Source: Nitrospirales bacterium (GTDB lineage Bacteria > Nitrospirota > Nitrospiria > Nitrospirales > UBA8639). Taken from it: DNA of 64,000 nt. This document shows positions 1-27,650 of the stretch, one piece after another. The position numbers were made by a program, and so were the translations under genes. The notes below the pieces were generated by a model. The model was not told the DNA's origin. It worked only from the letters and a program-made list of their open reading frames with translations, and did no database searches. Numbering within the stretch: position 1 is the first letter of the stretch; the number at the start of each line of letters is the position of its first letter. The stretch spans positions 1,408,001 through 1,472,000 of the forward strand of contig CBDBCZ010000017.1 of the NCBI GenBank assembly GCA_965203295.1. The letters are read 5' to 3'.

Positions 1-41
1 CAGGGGTGAGTGCAGCTGCAATGGCAGTTCATATGCTTTCA

Positions 42-468
42 CAGGGGTGCATTTTTAGGGGGGGGGGGGGGGGGGGCAGGGGGCATTCACTCCCCCTTGC
101 CTGAATTTGCCCCCCCCCCCCCCCCCCCCCCCCCTCCCGTGAAACTTGGTTGGGAATGTTTGTTTGGATATGTATACATGATTAACAGATTGTAATAAAA
201 TCAATGCAACACAACAAAACATAATAAGCCATGTAAATTTACTTGAAAATTACGCCGGAAGTGATCTAAATCTCAGAGGGTCTATATTTTAAGATTTTCC
301 TGGGGGAGCATGCCCCCAGATCCCCCCTAGTATGTGGTGTGCAAACCACGCCTCTTTGTACATTGCCCCTCCCCTCCCCCCCCCCCCCCCCCCCCCCCAA
401 AGTCCACAACATTCCACTTTTGTCCCCCCCCCCCCCCCCCTTGATAATTTTTTCTAAATGAACCCCTA
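42..468. mobile_element. Non-autonomous TIR element (hAT-like) with G/C homopolymer runs
   Basis: Imperfect TIR caggggtgcattt / aaatgaaccccta and an internal gggggagcatgcccccagatcccccta motif. No clear TSD. Confidence 0.45.
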
Positions 469-504
469 GTATACGAATGCTGGTAATATTATGCACATGC
501 ACCA

Positions 505-7926
<7,422 letters not shown>

Positions 7927-8909
7927 TATTGTGAGCCATCTTTTTATCAGTTGTTTTATTTTACAATCCTCAGCTAGTAAGCTTTGACATTTGGCTCTTT
8001 TTTCCCTCACAATGCTGAACTTTGTACATTTACAATGCCACAAATGTTTGTATGTACTCCGACTTTTTTTTCCCTGTTTTATGTTCATATTCCAGGTGAA
8101 ATTTCTAACCTCTATTCATATGCACAGGCCCCGATGTACTTTATAGTTCGTTCTTACATGTTATCTCACCTACCTTTTGCTAGCACCACTTAATAATTAT
8201 GATCACGCAGTCTGGAACATCCACTCACAGTACTGTTAGTCAATATCATCTGCTGTAATACAGCATTATTCTTCCAAGTTTAATGACTCTTTGTGAACTT
8301 TAATAACGGTTTCTTATTTTGCTCGCGTAATAATCGTCTGCAAAACTACATAAGGTGCATAATAGTTTTTTTTGGCAGTAGGCCGTTGTCTGCATGATAT
8401 CACTTCCTGTTCACTAGTTGATTGACAATAGATTTGCCCTGTTCTGCCGATAATTATACCGGTATGGGTTTTACGGAGATTGTGGGTTGAGTGCCATACA
8501 AATAGCATGGAACAGGCCGGTTAATGATGTAACCAGACTAATTAAAGGCAGTTAGGTCCTTGTCAGCACCCTGCGTACAGGCACAGTTGGAAGTGTGAGC
8601 TACAAAACTGCAGCTGAACCTCAGTTGGTATAGTTATTGGTTTACTGCTGTGTTGTGCAGGAAGCACTGTGTACTATATTGCCAAGAACTATAACACTAA
8701 ACTAAAATCAAGAGAACTGTAACCAGAGTAGTTAATGATTCGCTTAGAATGTGTATACATAGGTAAAACATTTCTGTGACAAAAGTAGTATAATATTCAT
8801 AATGTATGTAAGGCCAATAATTGTGTAACAAAGACATAAGACTGTTTCGGTGTCTTTCTATTAACTACAGCTAGTGGCACATGTGCTTGCATGCAGATAC
8901 ACAAATGAT

Positions 8910-9112
8910 CAGTAAAATGCATCGTTAGTAAAATAGCTACAGTTCAAAGCACTCAGAGAGTTCTTAATACAGTTAGCAGTAAAATGCATCGTTAGTAAAA
9001 TAGCTACAGTTCAAAGCACTCAGAGAGTTCTTAATACAGTTAGCAGTAAAATGCATCGTTAGTAAAATAGCTACAGTTCAAAGCACTCAGAGAGTTCTTA
9101 ATACTGTTAGCA
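8910..9112. repeat. 67-bp tandem repeat x3 in the 3' UTR of paralog A, overlapping its stop codon
   Basis: Unit starts (cagtaaaatgcatcg) at 8910, 8977 and 9044. Confidence 0.93.
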
Positions 9113-12100
9113 AGATTGTTTGCCACACACACTTGCGAAGCATTTCTCAAAGCAGCCTCCTGCGGGAATGATGGGCAAGGTGGCATTCGTAGCACACTCT
9201 GGCTCGTGGAAGGACTGGATGCGAAGTGGGCACTCTGTGCTGGTCCTCAGACGCAGTAAGTCAACAGCGAATGTTCCTTCAGTTACCAACCAATCTTCCA
9301 CAAAGGCCAACAGTTCAGGCGCAGTGAAAGTGTTACTAGTTCCCCTGATCCTACTCCGGTAGACCACTTCATTCATGGTAGTCTGACAGCTGAACTCTCC
9401 AGTGTCAATTGAAGAAGAGGAGAATCCACAGTTGCATCGGTCTCGGATTGCAGCAGCTAATCCATTCTTGATGGACCACGAAAAAAGCCGTAGTTGATCC
9501 AGCTATACGGAGTATATTGATGGCCATAAATGATTGTATTATAGTAAATCTGTGAGAAATCATGCAGCGAAATCACTGATCACCTAAAGTTTAAATTAAT
9601 GTGTAATAAATATGGACTAGTCATAGAAAAACTAACCGTCCAGTGTATGCAATATTGAACAGGTCCCACTTTGAGCTGAAATAAAATAATACCTGCAGAT
9701 ATAGAATCAGTATTAAAAAAAAAGATTACTTTTGTTTGAGACAGGCATATCTATCTACATTCAGTCTTACTTGTAACTATCAGGTCGTATTCCTGTACCA
9801 GAGGAGGGGGGATGTTCAGTCCAGAAACATTAACATTGGCCTTGCAGGTATAAATACCGCCATGAGATGAGTTCAAGTGTTTGAATACAAGCACACTCGT
9901 TGTGGTCACATTGGTTGAATTCGCTGGCCCTAACTGAGTAAACACATTGTCATAAAATTCATCACCTTTCGGGCCTAACCATGATACCAATAAGCTGTCT
10001 TGCGGTAGACCACCAACAGTTGTCACGACACATGTCAGGTTAAACTCTTGACCCTCAGTTTGTACCCCTTGTGCAGTCACTTCCACAGTACCCCAGACAT
10101 CAGGAACTATGTTGGAGAAAGAAGATACAATTACTGTCCAGGCCAGTAATGACATGACCATCTGTGGTGACCCATTCTATTCCTTCCTATATGTATTTGG
10201 CTGTCTGGTCCCTAGCTATAGCTCAGAATTATAATTCTGAAGTCTTAGTTACATATGTAGCTACTGCTGAAACATTTTGACAACAGCACTGATAGACAGA
10301 GAGAAGGCATAAGAAAGGGAGAGGGTAAGGAAGGGGAGAGAATTAAGTTGCTGAGTGGCAAGTCAGACTGTCGCAAGCATTTTAGCTGGCCTAGTGTGCA
10401 TGGGTCTGATCAATATACCTTCAGCGCTAGAGGGTGGCATGCCTAGTAATCATAGTGTTAATTAATAACCATCTCAAAGAGAATCTTGGTTGGTTTGCTG
10501 TATGTATGTATGTGTATAGTGTTGATCAGGGTTGGTTACTACCAACCCACAATCACATCATCAAATGCCAGCATTTGGGCAACAGTCTTCAAGGAAGACA
10601 TCATCATAACACCTAGCATCATTATGCATGCAATCTATGGTACTGTAACTCACTTTGAGCTGAAATAGTGACAACCTCTTCCTGTGTACCATACGGACCA
10701 GTGGCAACACAAGTATAGCGTTGACCATGAGAACTTGTAGGAAGTAGTTGGAATACTAAATCAACTACTGGTATGTCAATCGCAGACTCCACTATAGGAA
10801 TCATGTCATTGTCGAGCCAAACAATGTTGGTGATCTCCAAATCACTACTGCAAGAGATATTTGCAGGTGCACCGACTATGGTGCTTTCCAGTCCACTTAC
10901 TTGAAGTCCTAAAAGAAAACAGACAATAATAACACGCTGCTTTAAATAATTTACGTATTCATGAGCTAGCTCTGTGTGCAAGAAACTCACACATTTATAT
11001 TCATCACTTTTTGCCTCAAGCTGAGATGAATAAGGATGATTATCATAGGAAATGAGTCTATGAAAGTGTCCATACTTTGATCTAGCGCTCTAACACATTA
11101 TTCATCTCTACACTTGGCAGTGTGGTTCAAGTATATCTATGCTAGCATGTATATTGTGGCTCTTGTATAGTCAGGAGCCCAGTACAGTATACATAGTAAT
11201 CACTAACCTTGAAAGGTAATGGTCTGATTAGATGTTCCAAGCACATTGCTGACAATGCAAGCGTATTCACCAAGCAGATTGCTTATGGAAGTATCATTCA
11301 CTAAAAGGAGATGTTGATATGTAGAGTTGGCACGGTATGTCACCGTCTGCTGCTGTTTGTATACTCCTCCATCGATGGTGATATTGACTTCATCTTTCAC
11401 CCATGTAACGAAGGTGGCGGCTGAGTCAGTTGACATGCACTCAAGAGTGAAAGTTTCTGAATCGTTTGAAGGAAGCTGATGTAAGATTGTCACTCTAGGA
11501 GGAGCTGCAGAGCAAAAGTGAAGACAACGATGACATGCAGCTGAGTGGGATCCGTTTTTCAAATGGGCTGCTTAGGGCTAGCTAAAGTATTCTTCATACA
11601 TTTTTGCAATAGCTTACACATATGCCGTGATGGTTTCTACATACAAGTATGTCAGTGTGGATACTGTATGACCGAGGCTTACAATTTCTTACAATTTTGT
11701 TACATACTGAGAAAAACATGGGCAGTTAGATGAAGCTCTGGTTGAATGCATTAAACCAATAGCATGCTAACCAAAAACAACCCCTGAAGAATGCTAAATC
11801 TGTTACCATACAAATATGTGATGAATAACAGGTGACTACTACGATGTAAAACTCGATCCAACTCACCACTAAATGTGGAGCTATACAGTCCAACATTCAA
11901 ATTCAAAAATGTACCATTTGCACCTCTCACATGTGCAGTGTATACTCCTTCACCGAGATGATTATCATAGGTATAAACTCTGGCTACACCAGGTCTGAAC
12001 CTACTATTGAATCTCACATCACGGCGACTCCTCGCATAAGTTAGGAAGCTATTGTCCAAGTAGACAGAGGAATTTGTAATGATATAAACATCCAAAGAAT

Positions 12101-15100
12101 CACGGGCGATCACTACACCATTGTTAGGAATGGGACCAGAAGGATACGCACCAGAGGCATACATTCCAGCACCTGAGAAAATAGAAATGAAGGTGAACGA
12201 CAGCTGTGTAATACAGACTCAAAGTGAAATAGAAAGCACAATACATTTAGCAAAAGGTAACCTACAGACTTATTGCAGTATTATTATCTTAGGTTCTAGT
12301 CTAAGAGCTAGGGTTTGAAACTTAGGTGTTAATGGACTAGCTAGCTAGCTCTAGTCTCATGATTTAATGTAACAAGCAATCAAAGTAGCACAACCATGAG
12401 CAAGTTATGAATCGCACCTATGATATTCATCTCAGTAGTAGCTAATCCGTAGTTTCCGTATGCATCTGATGCAGTGCAGGTGTGCTTGCCAGCATCGTAC
12501 CAATTCAGGCTTATAGTTCTGACAGATGATGATAAGCTTCTAGACGCAAAGCAGCCTCTCTCACTGCAAGGCGATGTGCTGGACCATCTGTAACGAACTG
12601 GCTCAGTAGCACCAATGACTTTGCAGGTAAGAGTTACAGAAGCACCAGGTTGGTAATTTGGTGGGCCAAAATTTACATCAGGAGTGGGAGCATAGTCTAT
12701 CACAATGGAAATATTCAAGGCTGTAGAAGAAAACGAATACGTAAGATTAATGGTATATAATATTAATCATAAAAATTACAATCACCATGTGATTAATACT
12801 AACCGTCTCCATCTGTTGAATTAAAACTTCCAAATGTATTATTAACTGTACACGAGTAATCTCCAGGAGTTGAATCATCTACTTCAAGAACATTCTTGTA
12901 TGTAGACCTACTTCTGTCGATAATGGTCTGTGTGTGCTTATAAGCTGTTCCATTAATGTCAATCGGGACACCATCTTTGGCCCACAGTAAATCAGTGGGT
13001 GGAGAATTGGTAGTCACACAAACAAGTGTAAAGGAGTCATTGGTGGTATCTTGTTCAAGGCTGGCAACTGGCCAAGGTTCGTATACATCTGAAGCATCTG
13101 AGTATAAAAGAAATGCAATTTTTACTGACTAGACAAAATCAGACCATCGAAATGAATGTAGAGCCATTGCAAGCACAGTATGGGAAACCTTAACTTATTG
13201 CCAAATGAATAATTTCTGAGGCAAACAGAGTTTCTATGTTTACTTGCAAATGCAGCTGGCAGTATATAAGCTAGACAACATGCAGGATAGAGTTAATATT
13301 TGCTGCAGAGGTCCCCGAATCACCTGCTTAGACCTGGGTCATTGCACAACACCTGGGTAACATCCCTTCCTGTGTAACATCCGTTTTAAATTTAGATATC
13401 TGCCTACACAATTTGTAACCTTGACACAACCTCTGATACAAAAAGGAAACCTGCCTACACCACAATATGAAAGGAAAACTGTGAAGGGATACATGTAACA
13501 GGAAACCGGTAGATAAGGGACAGGATGATAGCTGGACTAAGGGGTGACACAAAAAGGAAACCTGTCTACAGTACACCACAGTCCTATTCAATATGAAAGA
13601 AAAACTGTTAAGGGATATAAAGGCACATGTATATACGGTACTTATATCAGAGGCAGGATGCTGCCAGGACTAAGATACATCTGTCTAGCTACACCTCAGT
13701 CCTATTCAATGTACCAAGAAAGAGGGATAATCATGTAGATAAGATACAGGGGTGATGCCAGGACTAATTATAAGAAGTGACGCAGGTAATTTCAATACGA
13801 GGTGACAACTAAAACATTCTTAGACTAAAATACCGACAACAAGTGTAAAGGATTTGATGATAACCACTAAAGGAGATACGCTACATGTAGCTATGACAAC
13901 CATTGGTGTCATTCCTACTTTGTTTGGCTGTTTTGGGGATTCCACCCCACATGTTTTTTTCATGTGTTTGTTTGTCATGTATAGGTGTACAATATGTTTG
14001 CAGATTTCGGGTGACAGGATATTAGAATTGTGATGTATATAATCTTGGTGTTTTATTGTCTGCCTGGCTAATCATAGTCCAACATGTTAACTACAAACAC
14101 ACACATTTTAGAAGTTACTTTGGCAAAACACAGTCCCCTTCATGCTCCCCCAGCCAGCCAATAGTGATTGCAGTTCATAACATTGGAAAGTACAGGGCTA
14201 GCAGGGTTTCATGGGGGAGGGGGGGGGGGGGGGGGAACTGAGATACTACAATATTACGCATCATCTTTTGCATATTAACAATAATATTGACTAACAGTAT
14301 TTCCAATGTGTAAACACATGTGTTACAAGTATGGATAACAATTAGATTATCTTCTACATTCTTAGTTGAGAATGGAGCAACATCTAATCACATTACTAAT
14401 GTGTTTTCATTCTTAAATTCCCTCGGTAACCCAGACAACAATCCAGTTGTCTATATGACCATTCCTTTTTTTACCATGAATTATATATATACATATAACT
14501 TATCCTTTGCAGCACTATGATCACCGATCATCTAGGTAATAAGACCTTCCATTTCGGTGGATAAATTAATCTGCTACTCATAGCATTACCTGGTACTATG
14601 ACCGCAGTGTGACTTCACTGTCATATTATACAGGAAAACATAATTTAGACCTAGTCATGAATAATTCCCAATTGCCTCATGCATCTTTATTCACGATTTG
14701 TCAAAACTGAAGCACTAATCTTCAAATAGCTCAATGGCTTTCACAGCTGTCCTAACACTAGGTCTAAATCAGCTAATTAGACACCTCTGTGTCGGGCATC
14801 TCAGGATAATAGATACCTGGCTGCGCTCGCTATCTATTATCAGATACCTCCACCTCGGTATCTAACCTATATGTATATACTACTTACAATAGTTGTCGCT
14901 TGGGAACAGTCCAATGTTCAACTCAGTCAGTCCAGCTTCTCCATTTGCACGACAGGTGTATACTCCACGATAACCCTCGGTTAAAGCCTCAGTCCATCTC
15001 AGTGTAATTTGCATCACAGTCGAGTGATTATTTGTTGACTTGGTAATGTCAAAGGGACTCGTGCTGTCATTTATACTCATTCCATCTAAACCAATAAACT

Positions 15101-15868
15101 GTGTTGTGTGGTAATCTTCAGCACTAAACCAGCATGAAATGTTAAGCAATGCATGCTCATATAGAATAATGATTCCATTGTTAGGAAGTGAAGCATAAGA
15201 GCGTTCATCAAAACAGCCCGCACCTATGAGAATTTGTCAGCAAAATGGTTCAGATATACAACATCATAGGATATCTGTCCTATTTGCAATAATAAATGCT
15301 AGCAAATAGAACAAATAAATGCTTATAAAAAATATGCATTCTAATACACTTACCTACGATAGTCATATCAAGGCTGGCTGATGCATTTCGAATACAGTCG
15401 ACTCCAACGAAGTCTCTTGCAGTGCAAGTATGAACACCACTGTCAGAAGGTTGCAGGATCCGAGTTCCCACTGATCGTGTTGTCTGTCCATTCACAAAAC
15501 AGTTTCCCGAGCAATCAGATGACCAGTTGTAGGAGACCTGTCCAGCTGATCCAGGCACAACACATTTGAGAACGATAGAGCTAGCAATACGAAAGTATGG
15601 TGGGCTCAGGGTGAAGTCTGAAGGTTGTCGGTAGTAGTAATGTATTTCAACACTCAGACTTTCTTCTTCACAGGTTTCTGCTAAGAAAAAATATACATGT
15701 GCCACTGACATTCTAGCTGTATTTTATTTCAAGAGTATATAGTCTCAGACTATCCTAAGTAAGCATTCACAAGCGTATTAATATACCTTTTGCTTTCACT
15801 CCATTACTTCCAAGCTGCAGTACTAGTGCAATTATCAGCACACCAAGGACTGCACACAACTTAGACAT
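9107..15868 (-). CDS. Paralog A: secreted multi-Ig-domain protein (signal peptide + 8 Ig-like domains + Cys-rich C-terminal domain), ~995 aa, open frame
   Basis: Exons (minus): 15868-15787 (MSKLCAVLGVLIIALVLQLGSNGVKAK), 15680-15354, 15223-14888, 13097-12804, 12720-12418, 12172-11867, 11504-11208, 10908-10654, 10106-9771, 9692-9637, 9502-9107. All are GT-AG; the Ig exons are phase 1-1 with lengths divisible by 3. C..W..YxC/HTC motifs are present. Confidence 0.85.
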
Positions 15869-15938
15869 TTTGCTGGATTGCTCACATAGTATAATGCAGT
15901 TGGCCTGTAGCAATGCAGATCAAGTCAGTGCCAAAGAC

Positions 15939-15990
15939 TTTTATATCGACCAATGACGGGATGCATGACGGTTGACCAATCAAGACGTCA
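15939..15990 (-). promoter_or_regulatory. Candidate core promoter of paralog A: TATAAAA with two CCAAT motifs and a GACGTCA motif just upstream
   Basis: ttttata at 15939-15945 (TATAAAA on minus) is ~70 nt upstream of the ATG at 15868; ccaat at ~15950 and ~15976; gacgtca at ~15984. Motif match only. Confidence 0.4.
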
Positions 15991-16715
15991 TAATACATCA
16001 CGGTAGGGCTTATTTCACGGAGCGGAACGGAACGACGGTCTGAAACACGGAATTGAAATAGGGGAGGGGCTCAGGGTGGGTGGGGCTGTACAGTGTGCAG
16101 TTTTGGCAGTAAGCTAAGATACAAAGTGGCACGTGTGCTCATGAGCAGCTCTACGTATAGTGAGTATAAATTTCGCTGTCTTTCGAGCCCAAAACACCTC
16201 ATTGGCAATTTCTAAAGTTGTCTCCATCCTCAAGAATCCGCCAGTTGATGATAATGTCAATACTTCCACCAGCAAGACCGAAGGCGGGTGAGATCTACAT
16301 CTTCCAGAGTGATGACAACACAAAGCATGGTATGTCGTACATGTACATGTACTTTTCCTTAAATTTGCCCCTTCCTACACTTTACTGCAATATTCCAATA
16401 TAATCCACAAGGGCTACTAGGAAGACAGGGGTGAAGTTAACATAATAGCAATCTGATCAGATGATTACATAGTTGTCACACATTTAGCACTTGGCATATA
16501 GCTAGCCTGTAGGGAGAAATATACAATCATCAGTTTTAGTAAAACCACATGCAGCTAAGCAATATTAAAATCAATACTGTAACAGTGGACATTGATTAAT
16601 TAAAGGACACCGTACCCCTGGACTAAGGACACCTCTGTATTAAGGACACTTTGCTTGTATCTTTCCTGGTGCATGGCTTTAAAACCTGAATTTGTTACAC
16701 AGCCCAGTGTTCTAT

Positions 16716-16755
16716 CATAGATAATAAATACTTCCGGAAGTGTATATTATCTATG
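16716..16755. mobile_element. 40-bp palindromic TIR-only insertion (P-like CAT..ATG ends) with 7-bp TSD
   Basis: gttctat|catagataataaatacttccggaagtgtatattatctatg|gttctat. The paralogous site at ~27838-27844 is empty (a single gttctat). Confidence 0.85.
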
Positions 16756-17107
16756 GTTCTATATACCGACTGCCTTGCAGCGTGTGTAAATACAGTATCA
16801 TTCTATGTGGGAAATCAAGCAATGATTATTATAGTTAAATCAGCTTTCCATCATACAGCCACTTAAAACATTTACCAGCTAATAAAATTTTACAAAAACA
16901 ATACAACAGAATTTGTATGACAGGTATAAATTTGTGATTAAGATGTCATTGCACGATACACACACTGCCAGACCTAACTGCTTCAGTGCTTTCCAGTCAG
17001 CTGCAGCTGATGAGACTCACATTGTTGCACACAAGCACACAATGTCATAATCGGTTCAACACACTGTTAGAAATTTAAAGCACTCGTTAATACAGTTAGC
17101 AAGATTG

Positions 17108-24646
<7,539 letters not shown>

Positions 24647-25479
24647 TTTGCTAGTACATGCAGTATAATACTGATTACAATCAGCACTGCACATCAATTG
24701 CTGGCAGAGCTTTAATTATTTTCAACAATGGTCGGCTATACCAGCTTATGACGATTATAGCTGAGGGTGCCGGCGGGCGCCCCTTTATGCGCAAGCTCGC
24801 GAGAACAATGGGCCTCATTTGCTTCTTGCAATGACCTGCGCTGCTCTCACTCATTGGCCTCCTAATTACGCAACGTTATATAGTACAGTACGACCAGGCC
24901 GGCCGCACCTTCCGGCGCAGCCTGATCACGTGCATCTTCCGGCGAAGCCTGATCACGTGCACCTTTCCGTATACATATACAGCCCATAAATATCCCCGAA
25001 GGAGCTGTTCTCCATAGCTAGTGATCGCAGTGGCAGTTTGGAGGCCGAAATGGGTAGGCTAACAGATTTACTGCAGGTGTAACAACATAGCAGTTGTCTT
25101 CGCAATAAACAAAGGTGCACCCAAGGATCCCCCGCTCGTGCGGCTCATGCGCACACTGTGTGCCTCATAAAGAGTCACCATATCAGCGCGTCGCATCGCA
25201 GGAGTGCGTAACACAGCAACAGACGCACTGCACTGTCCCTAATGTTTTTTTTTTTTTGTTTTTTTTTTTGATCCCCAATCCATTGGACGATCTAGCAACT
25301 GCTAGCTGCTAATTAAACCGCACTCTCCTGTGGACATCGCCCAATTGCTAACCTTAGCAACTGTGTCGCCTCGTCTACACAAGCCCATTATGCCTCGGCA
25401 CAACGTCGCTTCCTGTCACTCTGCCACTGCGTGAACATAACACGGCCATTTTCAGTAGCTAATGGAGCGAACATTGGAG

Positions 25480-26245
25480 GAATTCGTTGTGTTGCCAGGC
25501 CAGCCGAGTACCTAAAGCATCACATCATAAAATGCTACCTCTCAGGCATCCAATTTGCACAGATACTGTTACGACTAGACCCCTTCAAACACAAGACAAT
25601 GCCACTATCGGACTACCTCCTACATTGCCTTATTAAACACGTAAAGCGAAGGCAGGGGAACCTCCAAAACCAAGACTATACCTATATATTACTCCTGGCA
25701 TAGCTACTGGGCTATTTGAAACTATATGGCTCAGGCCACTGGCTAACCCGGACCACATCACGGTGTCAGCTACCCTCAGCCCAAGGCTATGACCCAGAGG
25801 CCGGTACACCTTAACCTAGGCGACATAACACTAGACAGCCGTTAACTGATCTGCTTCCAGATCAAACAGAGCAAATACAGATCCAGGGCATGGACATCAA
25901 TGTTGGAACAACCAAAAAGAGAACTATGCCCTGTTCAGGCATTGGTCAACTATATCGTAGTACGTGGCACTGCTCCAGGACCACCCTTCGTATTCCAGTC
26001 CCGTACCCCTCTAGCAACCTCGAAACGCCTTGGTGACCAATGTACAGGCAACGCTCAAACAAGCAGGACTTGCACCAGAAGTGTACATATGGGACGCAGT
26101 TTCATGACAACGGCAAAGTGTGGCCTGAGGGCTTCCTCATCCAAACCCTGGGCCGCTGGGAGAGTACAAGGCTTACTTATAGCCTACATTATAATTCCAC
26201 CCCCCAAATGGCCACAGTGGAATGACTTCTGGTTACGAGAGTGAG
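25480..26245 (+). mobile_element. Degenerate DIRS-type tyrosine recombinase remnant
   Basis: Frame-broken peptides IIKCYLSGIQF, ELCPVQALVNYIVVRGTAPGPPFVFQSRTPL, GRSF and IQTLGRWES resemble DIRS1 YR motifs (CPV..L..Y...R....GPLF; GHSFR; I..LGRW.S). Confidence 0.75.
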
Positions 26246-27555
26246 GTACATGTCATATTTTTTGGGGAGTCGCTAGCTATAAGTATGTGGCCTTAGCTGA
26301 TAAATGTGCCAAGAAAAAGTACATGTACCTAGTTTTATATCTGTGGATTCAATTTCACTTCAGTATGCTGATCAACATACGTACTCTTTTTGATCTCTTA
26401 GTGCTGCTGCTCTGAGGATGATGTTCCTGCACTCCCACATCCTGTGGGAATGACTGCTGGCAGTTTCTCCACTAGTAACAGCTAGTACCGCCACTACCGC
26501 AAGTTGTTCTTTAAATTACGTGTGAGTCCAGTGGTGGCTCCCGTAGTGCAGTCTTGATTTTTCCTTGGAAGGAAGTCTATACCAGCTGGGTATGTATACG
26601 TCGACATTATTGCTGACCTTGGAAGTGTACAACTGTCTTCTTGGTATTCCACATTGAATGATGATGAAGTCTCTGATACTGCGTGAGTAATCTGATTTGC
26701 AGAGTACCGTTGTGGAAAGCTTGACTGCATCAAATCCTGGTCGCAGGTGAGGGTCTGCATGCACATTCATAAACTACCCCACGATTTGCTGTCGTAATTC
26801 TTGGTTTGGCCGTGTGTTACAGCTCACTTCAGTGTTTGTTTTGTGCTACATGTATACACTATGTGTGTATATGTAGTGTCACCCTGTGACTTATCCAGCC
26901 CCAATGGATGAGCCTAGAATGGATGGGTTATTGGCCAGTGTCATGTTGTATGTTTTTCATTACACACAATTTCATTATTGCTATTTTGTAGGTGTGTTAT
27001 ATATACACTTGCTCTCTGATCTTGAAAAGATGGTAGTCAGTTGCCAATACCCAAAACTGGGTGATATTAAGGGTCTTGGCCAGTGTCATGTATGTTTTTT
27101 ATAACACAAAATTGTGTAGGCTTGTTGTATTATACACTTGCTCTTTGATACTGGTAGTCAGACTCAGTTGTCAATACCCAAAACTGGATGGTCTTAGACC
27201 ATTACAACAGCTAATTATGTGAAACGTCATTTGCTGAACTAAAAGAACATAATTATATATAGCTACAAACCTACCACTTTCTGGTGATGACACTCCATAT
27301 CTGCTTCCCTTCATTTCACACCACAGGGTTTGGGGTGATGTAAAGTGGCTTTTACTAAGCCGTACTGTGTTATGTGGTAGTTTTCAGCACTAATACAGCA
27401 GTCAATCGTATCACAGAGAATCAGGCCGTGCATCAAATATGGCCTGCCTTTCTTTCGAGTGTAGATGGATGCAAACAATTATTGAGATTGGGGGCACTCA
27501 TTTCGTCTACATACAAAGACTTTGCAACTGTCTTATGGGAAAATGCATAGACCAA

Positions 27556-27650
27556 TAGCCTCATTCCCAGACTCCACTCCCAAGCTATTTATCGTGCTGT
27601 GTATAAAAATGAGGAGGGAGCCAGGGGAGTAGAATCTAGGAACGAGGCTG
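27556..27650. mobile_element. Short TAGCCTC..GAGGCTA TIR element (family also at ~7675-7740, ~43149-43237, ~46412-46510, ~52334-52424, ~63970-end)
   Basis: tagcctcattcccagact ... aatctaggaacgaggctg; the flanks tagaccaa/tggaccaa resemble a TSD. Confidence 0.6.

Noticed and set aside
16200..16330. Possible exon fragment (ILPPARPKAGEIYIFQSDDNTKH + GT donor) on +
   Set aside because: Isolated, with no partner exons found; probably TE debris, but I cannot identify it.
26400..26800. Coding-like minus-strand ORFs between B and C
   Set aside because: Short, overlapping frames with no recognisable domain; likely decayed TE next to the DIRS remnant.
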